DNA of 64,000 nucleotides from Euzebya sp. (GCA_051004735.1 JBPCKA010000013.1:1099-65098); one strand, 5' to 3'. Counted from the first letter of the stretch, positions 30,560-39,846 are shown. Numbers and translations are program-made. The notes: generated by a model not told the origin, from the sequence alone.

Positions 30560-31540
30560 ATGCAAACATTCGCCTATCTCCGACCGTCTGACGCTGCCGC
30601 TGCAATTACTGGGCACCAGGGTGATCACAGCGCCTGTTTCATCGCGGGGGGCACGGATGTCCTGGGGCTATTGAAGGACGGGGTCATCGCGCCTGACGTA
30701 CTGGTGGATCTGAACGATCTTCCGCTGCAGGGCATCGAGGCTGGCACGTTGGGAGTGGTGATCGGTGCTCTGGCCCGACTGGCCGACGTGGCTGTTCATC
30801 CCGACATCAGGCGAGGCTTCCCTGTCCTCAGCCAGGCGATCATGGCCGCCGCATCGCCGCAACTCCGCAACATGGCCACTCTCGGCGGCAATCTGCTCCA
30901 ACGGACACGGTGCGGCTACTTCCGCGATCCGGTGATGCCCTGCAACAAGCGGGAAACCGGCAGCGGCTGTTCCGCGATTTCGGGAGCCAGTCGGTCACAC
31001 GCCGTCTTCGGCACCAGTCTGGACTGTGTCGCCGTTCACCCCTCTGACCCGGCTGTGGCGTTGCTGGCCCTGGACGCGGTGATCCGAACCGACGGCCCGC
31101 ATGGCCCCCGAGGCATCCCGATCGTGGACCTGCACCAGTTGCCAGGTCAAACTCCCGGCCGGGAAACCGTTCTGGAGCCAGGTGAGATCATTGTGGCCAT
31201 CGAGGTGCCCGCTACTCCCCTCGCGCGGCGCTCGTGCTATGTCAAGGTGGCAGACCGGGCTTCGTTCGACTTCGCACTGGTCGCTGCCGCCGTTGCGATG
31301 GATCTCCGGGACGGAATCGTCAGAACCGTCCGCGTGGCCCTGGGTGGTGTGGCCCCGATCCCGTGGCGCGCAGTCCCCGTCGAGGACGCGCTGTCTGGCC
31401 AGCCACTGAACCGGGCGACGATTGAGGCTGCGGCCCATGCCATGACGATTCATGCCCAACCACTGCGGGACAACGCGTTCAAGGTCAACCTCTTACCTCA
31501 CGTGATCCGCCGAGCCCTGATGACCGTCGAGGGACTGTAG
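30560..31540 (+). CDS. FAD-binding medium subunit of molybdenum hydroxylase (CoxM/XdhB-like)
   Basis: AGGTDVLGLLK and NMATLGGNL FAD-binding motifs. Confidence 0.85.
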   Translation: MQTFAYLRPSDAAAAITGHQGDHSACFIAGGTDVLGLLKDGVIAPDVLVDLNDLPLQGIEAGTLGVVIGALARLADVAVHPDIRRGFPVLSQAIMAAASPQLRNMATLGGNLLQRTRCGYFRDPVMPCNKRETGSGCSAISGASRSHAVFGTSLDCVAVHPSDPAVALLALDAVIRTDGPHGPRGIPIVDLHQLPGQTPGRETVLEPGEIIVAIEVPATPLARRSCYVKVADRASFDFALVAAAVAMDLRDGIVRTVRVALGGVAPIPWRAVPVEDALSGQPLNRATIEAAAHAMTIHAQPLRDNAFKVNLLPHVIRRALMTVEGL

Positions 31541-33684
31541 TGCGGCGCGAATCGGTGGGCCCTTCTGCCACCCGAGTTGACGGTCAGGTGAAGGTCAGCG
31601 GCGCGGCAACATACACCACTGACGTCGTCCTGCCGCAGCAGGTACATGCCGTCGTCGTGCAGGCCACCGTGGCGACGGGGCGCATCCGGCACATCGAGTT
31701 GGCGGCGTCGCTGGCAGCTCCGGGGGTCCTTGGCGTCCTCACTCACCACAACACCCCAGCGCTTGAGGAAGTGGCCACCTTCCCGCAGGGACCCGCAGGT
31801 CAGCGGATGGCTCCGCTTCAAAGCGATGTCGTGTACTTCGACGGTCAACCTGTCGCCGTCGTCATCGCTGAAACCAGGCTGCAGGCTGTCCATGCCGCAG
31901 AACTGGTCCAAGTGGACATTCAGCCCGGATCGCATGCGCCGTCACTGTGGACCGACCGTCCCGGCGCTGCACCGCTCAGCATCTTCGGGGAATCTCCGGA
32001 CTCTGTGCGTGGCAACCCCGACGCCGCACTGGCTGCGGCGGAGGTCCGCCTAGAGCGGCGGTACAGCACGCCGACCGAGCATCATCATCCACTTGAACCT
32101 GGTGCCACCGTTGCCTGTTGGGACGGCGACTCCCTGACGGTCTATGACAGCACCCAATGGATCTTCGGTGTGCGTGAAGCGCTGTGTGTGACATTGGGAT
32201 TGTCCCAGGATCGCGTACGGGTGCAGTCCCCCTTCGTCGGGGGCGCGTTCGGGAGCAAGGGCATGGTATGGCCCCACGTCGTCTTGACGGTTCTGGCCGC
32301 ACGCCATGTTGGTCGGCCCGTGAAGTTGACGCTTGACCGCGGGCAGATGTTCACCCTGCTGGGGTACCGCTCGCCGACGATCCAGCGCCTGTCCCTGGGG
32401 GCGACAGCGTCGGGAACCTTGACCGCGCTCGTCCACGACACCACCCAGCAGACCTCAATGTTTCAGGAGTTCGCCGCTGGTGTCGGCTTCATGTCGCGCA
32501 GCCTCTACGTCTGTCCGAACGTCGCAGTGCGCCACCGTGTGCTTCCCATCAATGCGCCGACCCCAACGGTCATGCGTGCGCCTGGCGAGGCCGTCGGGAG
32601 CTTCGCGCTGGAGACCGCCATGGATGAGCTGGCGGTCACGCTGTCCGTCGATCCGATCCAACTTCGGCTTCGCAACCATGCTGAAATCGATCCCCATTCC
32701 GGCATGCCGTGGTCCAGCAACGCGTTACGCGAGTGCTATCTGCTGGGCGCTGACCGCTTCGGATGGGACGCCCGCAGCGCAGCACCCGGATCGATGCGAG
32801 ATGGCCATCTTCAACTTGGGTGGGGCGTGGCATCGGCGACATATGCGGTGAACAGTGAACCGGCAAACGCTTGGGTGCGTCTGCGCGCTGACGGAACGGC
32901 AACGGTCGCCTGCGGTACCCAGGATCTGGGAACCGGGACCTACACGACCATGGCCCAGATCGCTGCCGAGGCGCTGGGACTACCTGTGGATCATGTCTCA
33001 GCGGAGTTGGGCGACACCGAATTGCCTCGGGCACCCCATTCAGGCGGGTCACAAACCGCCGCCAGCGTGCTTCCCGCAGTGTGGTCGGCCGCCCAGTCTG
33101 TGATCGCCCAACTGAACTCACTGGCTCAGATGTCAGCAGCCAGGGAAAGCCCCAACGCCATCCTCCGGCGCCACGGCCTGGCGCAGATCGAGGGACGCAG
33201 CAGCACCCCGTCCCCCGGTGCCGCCAACCGCTTTGCCATGCAGTCCTTCGGCGCCCAGTTTGCCGAGGTCGCGGTGGATCCCGATCTAGCCCAGGTGAGG
33301 GTGACCCGCTTTGTGGGTGTCTTCGGCGCGGGCCGCATCGTCAACCAGACCACGGCCCGCAGCCAGATGATCGGTGGAATCGTCGGCGGAATCGGCATGG
33401 CACTGCTGGAGCGCACGGTGACCGATCCGCGCTCCGGGCGGGTGGTCTCCCCAAACCTCAGCGCGTACCTGGTTCCCACACAGGCAGACATCCCCGCGAT
33501 CGACGTCAGCTTTGTCGAGGAGGTTGATCCCCACGTCAACTCCCTTGGGATCAAAGGTGTTGCGGAACTCGGAATAGTGGGCGTGGCGGCCGCGATTGGC
33601 AATGCGATCTTCCACGCCACCGGCCGGCGGATCAGGGACCTACCGATCACCTGCGACACGTTGTTGGGTGCGACACACGGCTGA
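31540..33684 (+). CDS. Molybdopterin-binding large subunit of XDH-family molybdenum hydroxylase (aldehyde oxidase/CoxL-like)
   Basis: 714 aa; GTG start overlapping the previous stop by 1 nt; GSKG, VRAPGE, GTQDLGTGT, GAGRIVN and GVAELG segments typical of the Mo-cofactor subunit. Confidence 0.85.
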   Translation: MRRESVGPSATRVDGQVKVSGAATYTTDVVLPQQVHAVVVQATVATGRIRHIELAASLAAPGVLGVLTHHNTPALEEVATFPQGPAGQRMAPLQSDVVYFDGQPVAVVIAETRLQAVHAAELVQVDIQPGSHAPSLWTDRPGAAPLSIFGESPDSVRGNPDAALAAAEVRLERRYSTPTEHHHPLEPGATVACWDGDSLTVYDSTQWIFGVREALCVTLGLSQDRVRVQSPFVGGAFGSKGMVWPHVVLTVLAARHVGRPVKLTLDRGQMFTLLGYRSPTIQRLSLGATASGTLTALVHDTTQQTSMFQEFAAGVGFMSRSLYVCPNVAVRHRVLPINAPTPTVMRAPGEAVGSFALETAMDELAVTLSVDPIQLRLRNHAEIDPHSGMPWSSNALRECYLLGADRFGWDARSAAPGSMRDGHLQLGWGVASATYAVNSEPANAWVRLRADGTATVACGTQDLGTGTYTTMAQIAAEALGLPVDHVSAELGDTELPRAPHSGGSQTAASVLPAVWSAAQSVIAQLNSLAQMSAARESPNAILRRHGLAQIEGRSSTPSPGAANRFAMQSFGAQFAEVAVDPDLAQVRVTRFVGVFGAGRIVNQTTARSQMIGGIVGGIGMALLERTVTDPRSGRVVSPNLSAYLVPTQADIPAIDVSFVEEVDPHVNSLGIKGVAELGIVGVAAAIGNAIFHATGRRIRDLPITCDTLLGATHG

Positions 33685-33690
33685 TGCGGA

Positions 33691-35376
33691 TCAGGGCACC
33701 GTGGTCGCCCCGGTGCTGGCCGAACCGACCAGCGAGGCGTACTTGGCGAACACGCCCGAGGGGTAGCGGGATGTCGGGGGTTCCCAGTCCTTGAGCCGCG
33801 AGGCAACGTCGACGTCCAACACCTCGATGGTGCGACTGGCCACGTCGATCCTGATCATGTCCCCATCCTCAAGGGCGGCCAGTGGACCGCCGACCGCAGC
33901 CTCAGGCGCCACATGTCCGATCATGAACCCGTTGGTCGCGCCACTGAAGCGCCCATCGGTGATTAGGGCCACTGAATCTCCCAGGCCCTCGCCCAAGATG
34001 GCCCCCGTGACCGAGAGCATCTCGCGCATCCCCGGTCCTCCCCGCGGTCCCTCATAGCGGATGACCACAACGTCGCCAGGTGCAATCCGTCCCTCGATGA
34101 CCGCGGCATACCCATCCTCCTCGCAGTCAAAGATCCGCGCGGGGCCGGTGTGGGAGGTCAAGGTGTGCGCGGTGATCTTCACCACCGATCCCTGTGGTGC
34201 CAGGTTGCCGCTGAGCACGACCAGGCCACCCTCTGAGCGAAGTGGCCGGTCCAGGGGCAGCACGACCTGCTGACCCTCGGTTTCGACGACGTCCTGAACC
34301 TCCTCGCCCAGACTTCGGCCGGTGACGGTCAGCGCTGAGCCGTCGATGTACCCACCGTCGATCAGTCGGCTGGTCAGCAGGGCAATGCCGCCGGCGCGGT
34401 GCAGGTCGACGGCGGCGAAACGTCCGCCCGGCAACAGGTCGCACAGCAGTGGCGTCCGTCTGCTGGTGCGATCGATGTCCTCCAGGGTCAGATCCACGCC
34501 AACCTCCTTGGCCAGTGCCAGCAGGTGGAGAACGGCATTGGTCGACCCGCCACTTGCCGCCACCGCCGCCACGGCGTTGTCAAAGGCAGCACGAGTCAAG
34601 ATCTGACGGGGGCGGATATCTCGCGCCAACACATCCATGATCAGGGCACCGGCCCGCTCGGCTGCCTGGCCCTTGGTCTGGTCCACCGCGGGGATGGAGT
34701 TGAAACCCACCGGCGACAGCCCGATGGTCTCCATCACCATCGACATCGTGTTCGCGGTGAACTGTCCGCCGCAGGCTCCCGCACCCGGGCAGGCGACCCG
34801 CTCCATCTCGTGAAGGTCCTCCTCGTCAAGCAGACCAGCCGCAACCGCTCCGATTGCCTCAAACACCTCGCCCATTGCCAGATCACGGCCGCGGAATCGA
34901 CCGGGCATGATCGAACCGCTGTACAACACCATTCCGGGTCGGTCCAACCTGGCCAAGGCCATCGCCGCAGCCGGAACGGTCTTGTCACACGCAACGATGC
35001 AGACCATGGCGTCGAACATGTGTCCTCGACCGACCAGTTCGATCGAGTCGGCGATCAGCTCTCGACTGACCAGCGACGCCTTCATCCCCTCGGTGCCCAT
35101 CGTGACCCCATCGGAGATCGCAATGGTATTGAACTCCATCGGGGTGCCCTCAGCCTGCCGCACACCTGCCTTGACCCGTTCCGCCAGGCTGCGATGGTTC
35201 AGGTTGCAGGGCATGGTCTCGATCCATGCATGTGACACGCCCACGATGGGCCGCTGCAGATCCTCCGGTGAGAACCCTGTGCCGTACAGGTAGGCCCTGG
35301 CCGCGGCGCGCGAACGCCCCTCATACATGACGCGACTGGGCAGCTGCGCCATGTTGATCTGGGGAGATGCGCTCAT
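33691..35376 (-). CDS. IlvD/EDD-family dehydratase (dihydroxy-acid / sugar-acid dehydratase)
   Basis: ORF 33691..35685. Start at MSASPQINMAQLPSRVMYEGRSRAAARAYLYGTGF (35376). CPGAGACGG Fe-S cluster motif and C-terminal ITDGRFSGATNGFMIGHVAPEA signature. Confidence 0.85.
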   Translation of the reverse strand: MSASPQINMAQLPSRVMYEGRSRAAARAYLYGTGFSPEDLQRPIVGVSHAWIETMPCNLNHRSLAERVKAGVRQAEGTPMEFNTIAISDGVTMGTEGMKASLVSRELIADSIELVGRGHMFDAMVCIVACDKTVPAAAMALARLDRPGMVLYSGSIMPGRFRGRDLAMGEVFEAIGAVAAGLLDEEDLHEMERVACPGAGACGGQFTANTMSMVMETIGLSPVGFNSIPAVDQTKGQAAERAGALIMDVLARDIRPRQILTRAAFDNAVAAVAASGGSTNAVLHLLALAKEVGVDLTLEDIDRTSRRTPLLCDLLPGGRFAAVDLHRAGGIALLTSRLIDGGYIDGSALTVTGRSLGEEVQDVVETEGQQVVLPLDRPLRSEGGLVVLSGNLAPQGSVVKITAHTLTSHTGPARIFDCEEDGYAAVIEGRIAPGDVVVIRYEGPRGGPGMREMLSVTGAILGEGLGDSVALITDGRFSGATNGFMIGHVAPEAAVGGPLAALEDGDMIRIDVASRTIEVLDVDVASRLKDWEPPTSRYPSGVFAKYASLVGSASTGATTVP

Positions 35377-35413
35377 AATCGTCTGTCCTTCTGTTGACCC
35401 TGATTGGGCACTG

Positions 35414-36181
35414 CTAATAGATGCGGGCGAGCAGGCCGCCATCCACCACGATGTCGATGCCGCTGAGATATGAGGCATCGTCGGAGGCGAGGAACAACGC
35501 GACGTTGGCGACGTCGCGGGCAGAGGCAAAGCGGCGTAGCGGGTACCGCTCGGTGACCTGGGCTCGGGCGACCTCAGGATCTGGTTGAAAAGCAAAGAAC
35601 TGTTCCACCATCGGCGTGTCCACATCGCCCGGACAGATGGTGTTGCAGCGGATGTTTTCTGGGCCGTGGGCCGTGGCGACCGCACGGCACATCGCGCGCA
35701 ACCCGCCCTTCATGGCGCCGTAGGCCGCCATGTCCGGATCGCCCACGATGCCAAGCAGCGAAGCGGTGATGATGATCGACCCTCCACCGCGCGCCCGCAG
35801 GTGCGGCATCGCCTGCTGGATGCCCAGGTACACACCACGCAGGTTGGTTGCGTGCATCGCGTCCCAGTCATCCTGCGGGGTGTCCTCCAACAGTCCCATT
35901 GCCTGGACCGCAGCGTTGGCGAACAGCACGTCGAGTCCGCCGAAGTGATCCACGCAATCGTTGATCACCTGGGCGTTGCCCTGGCTGGTGGAAATGTCGG
36001 CGACCACTGCACGTGCCTTTCCCCCTGCATCGACGATGGTCTGGACCGTGGCCCTCGCACCGACTTCATCGATGTCGGCACACACCACCTGTGCGCCTTC
36101 CTCGGCGAACCTGATCGACGCCGCGCGACCGATACCCCGTCCGGCACCTGTCACCACCGCAGCCTTGCCGGACAGTCTCAC
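35414..36181 (-). CDS. SDR-family oxidoreductase
   Basis: TGAGRGIGRA Rossmann motif, NAA, YGAMKGG catalytic Tyr-x3-Lys. Confidence 0.85.
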   Translation of the reverse strand: MRLSGKAAVVTGAGRGIGRAASIRFAEEGAQVVCADIDEVGARATVQTIVDAGGKARAVVADISTSQGNAQVINDCVDHFGGLDVLFANAAVQAMGLLEDTPQDDWDAMHATNLRGVYLGIQQAMPHLRARGGGSIIITASLLGIVGDPDMAAYGAMKGGLRAMCRAVATAHGPENIRCNTICPGDVDTPMVEQFFAFQPDPEVARAQVTERYPLRRFASARDVANVALFLASDDASYLSGIDIVVDGGLLARIY

Positions 36182-37512
36182 TGGACCGCCCGTAGGTCAT
36201 GCCGGTCGTGGGCCGACGCCAACTCAGTGTTCTTCTCGGGCTCCGCCACCACGGTCGCGGCTGCCGCAGCGACCGCCTCACGGGTCTGGTCAAGATCATC
36301 CTGGGTGTGTGCTGCCGACACGTACAGCAGACCGCGTGAGATCACGTTAACCCCGTGGTCCAGCAGTGCCTCGGCGAACCGTGCATAGGTAGTGGTGTCG
36401 GTATCCAACGTGTCAGCCTGTGTGTCCACGGGCTGGGAGCTGCAGAAGGCGTGAGCCATGCCCCCCAACTGGTTGACGACAAGCGGTAAACCGGCGGCGC
36501 CACATTCCTGACGTAACAGTTGGGCCAACGCATCGCCCATGGCATCAAGTCTGGGATAGATCTCATCCCCATGATCTTCCAGTTCACTGATCGCCGCCAG
36601 CGCGGCGCTGGCACACACCGGGTTGGCGTTGAAGGTGCCCACGTGCTTGACCCGCCCTGCCACGACCTCATCCATCACATCGCGGCGACCTGCCACCGCA
36701 CTGATCGGGAAGCCGGCCCCCAAGGCCTTGCCCAGCACGACCAGGTCAGGTACCACCCCGAATCGTTCCTGTGCCCCGCCCAGTGCCAGTCGGAAGCCGG
36801 TGATCACCTCATCAAAGACCAACAACGCACCCGCTTCTGTGATCAGTTCTTGCGCCGCCTGCAGATAGCCTGGGTCGGGAAACAGACAACCGCCGTTGAC
36901 CGCTAGCGGTTCCATGATCACGGCCGCGACGTCATCGCTCAGCGCCCCGCGAAGCGCACCAAGGTCATTCCAGGTACACATCGTGACCGCTGATGACGCC
37001 TGAGGATCCTGACCACCGGTGGAGGGAAGCGCAGCGGCCATGCCAGGAATTCCAATGGCCAGGGGATCCAACCAGCCGTGGAAGTGGCCCAGGAACTTGA
37101 TCACCCTGCGGCGACCTGTTGCTGCCCGCGCAATCCGCAGTGCAGCGTGAACTGCTTCGCTCCCACTGTTTGAGAACACGCAAAGGTCAGCGCACGGCAC
37201 CGTTCGGCACACCGCCTCGGCAAGTTCGGCCTCCAACGGATGACAGGCGCCGTAGCCAATCCCTGTTGACAGTTGCTTCTCAACCGCTCTGGTCACCCGC
37301 AGTGGGGAATGTCCCAGCAGCATCGGGCCGAACGCCAGGGCGTAGTCGATGTAGGTATTGCCGTCGACATCGCTCAGGTGGGCGTCCTTGCCCCCGACCA
37401 TGGTGATCGGAACAGGTCGTTGTGGAGCGCGGTATGCCGTTGCGACGCCGCCGGCCAGGCTGCGGCGGGCACGGTCCTGCTGCTCACGCGAACGTGCGTA
37501 GCGATCAGTCAT
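36178..37512 (-). CDS. Class-III (aspartate aminotransferase superfamily) PLP-dependent aminotransferase / aminomutase
   Basis: SGSEAV...DEVITGFR...LGKALGAGFP (PLP-Lys) signature of omega-aminotransferase/GSA-aminomutase family. Confidence 0.8.
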   Translation of the reverse strand: MTDRYARSREQQDRARRSLAGGVATAYRAPQRPVPITMVGGKDAHLSDVDGNTYIDYALAFGPMLLGHSPLRVTRAVEKQLSTGIGYGACHPLEAELAEAVCRTVPCADLCVFSNSGSEAVHAALRIARAATGRRRVIKFLGHFHGWLDPLAIGIPGMAAALPSTGGQDPQASSAVTMCTWNDLGALRGALSDDVAAVIMEPLAVNGGCLFPDPGYLQAAQELITEAGALLVFDEVITGFRLALGGAQERFGVVPDLVVLGKALGAGFPISAVAGRRDVMDEVVAGRVKHVGTFNANPVCASAALAAISELEDHGDEIYPRLDAMGDALAQLLRQECGAAGLPLVVNQLGGMAHAFCSSQPVDTQADTLDTDTTTYARFAEALLDHGVNVISRGLLYVSAAHTQDDLDQTREAVAAAAATVVAEPEKNTELASAHDRHDLRAVQ

Positions 37513-37877
37513 CCAGCAGTCCCGACAGCACCCGGGTCGAAGTAGGCCCTGACGCTGGTGAACTTGCCGTCACGGACCTGCACCACATTGACCCCGCGGA
37601 ACGCGTGACGACCACCGTCATGGTCAGTCAGGACCGCCTCCCACTCAAGGCAGGCCTGGTCGCCGTCGCTGACCTCGTGAACGATGTCAACTTCCAACCC
37701 GGGATAGTCCCGGATCTCATCGGCGTAAAAGGTGGCAATCTCCTCGTGTCCACGCAACGCCTCGCCCGAGGGTGGAAAGACCACTGCATCGGTATGGTAA
37801 TAGCCCAGCACAGCCGATAGATCCCGCCGGCACTCTGCCGCCCAGTAGGCCTCCGCTACCTCGCGAGGTGATGTCAT
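37509..37877 (-). CDS. SnoaL-like / NTF2-family small protein (ketosteroid-isomerase fold)
   Basis: 122 aa; AEAYWAAECRRDLSAVLGYYHTDAV...YFDPG is the SnoaL/NTF2 pattern; first gene of a four-gene operon with 4-nt overlaps. Confidence 0.65.
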   Translation of the reverse strand: MTSPREVAEAYWAAECRRDLSAVLGYYHTDAVVFPPSGEALRGHEEIATFYADEIRDYPGLEVDIVHEVSDGDQACLEWEAVLTDHDGGRHAFRGVNVVQVRDGKFTSVRAYFDPGAVGTAG

Positions 37878-37887
37878 AGGTGGTTCA

Positions 37888-37904
37888 GCAGAATACTATT
37901 CTGC
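37888..37904. promoter_or_regulatory. Perfect 17-bp inverted repeat GCAGAATACTATTCTGC between the SnoaL operon start (37877) and the iclR start (37959)
   Basis: Seen in sequence; the 8-1-8 palindrome is the best copy of the four AGAAT-N3-ATTCT sites. Confidence 0.65.
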
Positions 37905-37958
37905 GGATGACTGCGCAAGATGTCGTTATCTGGACGGCAGCCATCAGGACAGCGTGTG

Positions 37959-38774
37959 ATGATGTGGACCGTCCCCGAACTGGAACACCGTGTGAAGCCT
38001 CCCAACTACCCAATCGAGTCAGTCGACAACGCGCTGAAGCTGGTCCTCGCGTTGATGGACCGACCGGCCCTGGCCGTGTCTGAGGCAGGGGAACTGCTTG
38101 AGGTCGCTCCGTCGACGGCGCACCGCCTGCTGTCGACCCTGGCCTACCGCGGCTTCGTCGAACAGGATCCTGCCACCCGCCTGTACCGCTCTGGGCCCGT
38201 GCTCCTGAAGTTGGGACTCACTGCAGTCCGCAACCTGGATCTACGCCGCCGTGCCAGACCGATCATCGAAGACCTCAGCCAGGAGGTCGGGGAGACCGTC
38301 AATCTGGTGATACTCCAGGGCACTGACATCCTCTTCATCGACTGTGTGGAGGCACCTAGCATCGTGCGGGTGGGCTCACGAATGGGTGTGCTCCTGCCAG
38401 CTCATTGCACCGCAGGCGGCAAGGCCCTGCTGTCCACCCTGTCAACCGAGGAACTGCGGGAGCTCTACCCCGAGCCGCGCCTGGAACAACTGACCACGAA
38501 CTCCTTCACCAAGCGCGCGGACCTGGAACAGGAATTGGAAGTCACGCGGACACGCGGGTTCGCGACGAATGATGAGGAGAGCGAGAACGGCTTGAGCGCC
38601 TTCGCCGCCCCGATCTGCGACCGGGAGGGGCATGCCCTCGGTGCCATCGCCATCGCCGCCCCCAGCGGTCGAATCACAGCGGACCGTATCACTGTGATCG
38701 GTGAAGCCGTGCAACACGCCGCGCAACAGATCAGCGACAGTGCGGCCGACGCGATCAGCGTAATGGTTGACTGA
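37959..38774 (+). CDS. IclR-family transcriptional regulator
   Basis: N-terminal wHTH (SVDNALKLVLAL...LAVSEAGELLEVAPSTAHRLLSTLAYRGFVE) and C-terminal IclR effector domain (GLSAFAAPICDREGHALGAIAIAAP). Confidence 0.85.
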   Translation: MMWTVPELEHRVKPPNYPIESVDNALKLVLALMDRPALAVSEAGELLEVAPSTAHRLLSTLAYRGFVEQDPATRLYRSGPVLLKLGLTAVRNLDLRRRARPIIEDLSQEVGETVNLVILQGTDILFIDCVEAPSIVRVGSRMGVLLPAHCTAGGKALLSTLSTEELRELYPEPRLEQLTTNSFTKRADLEQELEVTRTRGFATNDEESENGLSAFAAPICDREGHALGAIAIAAPSGRITADRITVIGEAVQHAAQQISDSAADAISVMVD

Positions 38775-38788
38775 CTCCGTCCCGCATG

Positions 38789-38805
38789 ACAGAATCAGAT
38801 TCTGG
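38789..38805. promoter_or_regulatory. Inverted repeat ACAGAATCAGATTCTGG (core 38791-38803) downstream of iclR and upstream of the MBL/gentisate operon
   Basis: Seen in sequence; 7-3-7 palindrome CAGAAT-CAG-ATTCTG. Confidence 0.55.
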
Positions 38806-38865
38806 TAGCGGCGAAGCTGGTGCGCACGGCCTTGTTCGGGCCGCTCGGGGAGCTGAGGAGTTGTA

Positions 38866-39846
38866 GTGGTTGTCATCCCGTTGCAACCCGTTGACTCGAT
38901 GGTGGTGACGACACTGGTCGACAACACCGTCGACATGTTCATGCCGAACCAGGGGCCGGCCCACAGGCTCACGCCGATGTCAGAACATGGCAGCACCATC
39001 GCCTCAACCCTTGAGGGTGGCCACGTCTGGGAACACCCACGCGTCGAGCATGGTTTCTCAGCCCTGGTCAGTGTGACAACCGCGACCACACGCAACACAA
39101 TGCTGTTCGACGCCGGCCGCACCCCCGATGGACTTGCGCACAACCTTCGCTTTCTTGGCATCGCGCCCGATGAGATTGAAGCCGTGGTCCTCAGCCATGG
39201 CCATTTTGACCACACCACCGGCATGGATGGGTTCATTCGCGCGCTGGGCCGATCAAATCTGCCCGTCATCATCCATCCGGATTTCTGGCACCGGCGACGG
39301 ATAACGCTTCCGGGTCATGAGCCCTGGGAGTTGCCCTCGACCAGCAAGTCGGCGCTCGAGGGTGCGGGCTTTGATGTCATCGAGGATCGCCAACCCTCCT
39401 TCCTGTTTGGTAAAAGCCTGCTGATCACCGGTGAGGTGGATCGGACGAACGACGTCGAACCGGGCTTTCCGATTCAACAGGCGTTGCGCGATGGCCGTTG
39501 GTCGGACGACTCCAAGGTCCTGGATGACCAGGCGCTGGTCGTTCATGTCCGCGACAAGGGACTGGTTGTGATGACTGGATGTGGTCACGCCGGAGTGGTC
39601 AACACCGTCGCTTACGCGCAGCGGTTGACCGGGGTCGACCAGATCTATGCGATCATCGGCGGCTTCCACCTGAACGGCCCGATCTTCGAACCTCTGATCC
39701 CATTCGTGTGCGCAGCCTTTCGCGACTTCGCCCCCGCGGTCATCGTCCCCACACACTGCACCGGCTGGGCAGCCATTCACGCGCTGGCGCGAGAATTTCC
39801 CGATGCGTTCGTGCCCAACAGCGTCGGAACCCGCTTCTCGTTGTGA
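38866..39846 (+). CDS. MBL-fold metallo-hydrolase
   Basis: HGHFDHTTG metal-binding motif and downstream TGCGHAG / GGFH segments. Confidence 0.75.
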   Translation: MVVIPLQPVDSMVVTTLVDNTVDMFMPNQGPAHRLTPMSEHGSTIASTLEGGHVWEHPRVEHGFSALVSVTTATTRNTMLFDAGRTPDGLAHNLRFLGIAPDEIEAVVLSHGHFDHTTGMDGFIRALGRSNLPVIIHPDFWHRRRITLPGHEPWELPSTSKSALEGAGFDVIEDRQPSFLFGKSLLITGEVDRTNDVEPGFPIQQALRDGRWSDDSKVLDDQALVVHVRDKGLVVMTGCGHAGVVNTVAYAQRLTGVDQIYAIIGGFHLNGPIFEPLIPFVCAAFRDFAPAVIVPTHCTGWAAIHALAREFPDAFVPNSVGTRFSL

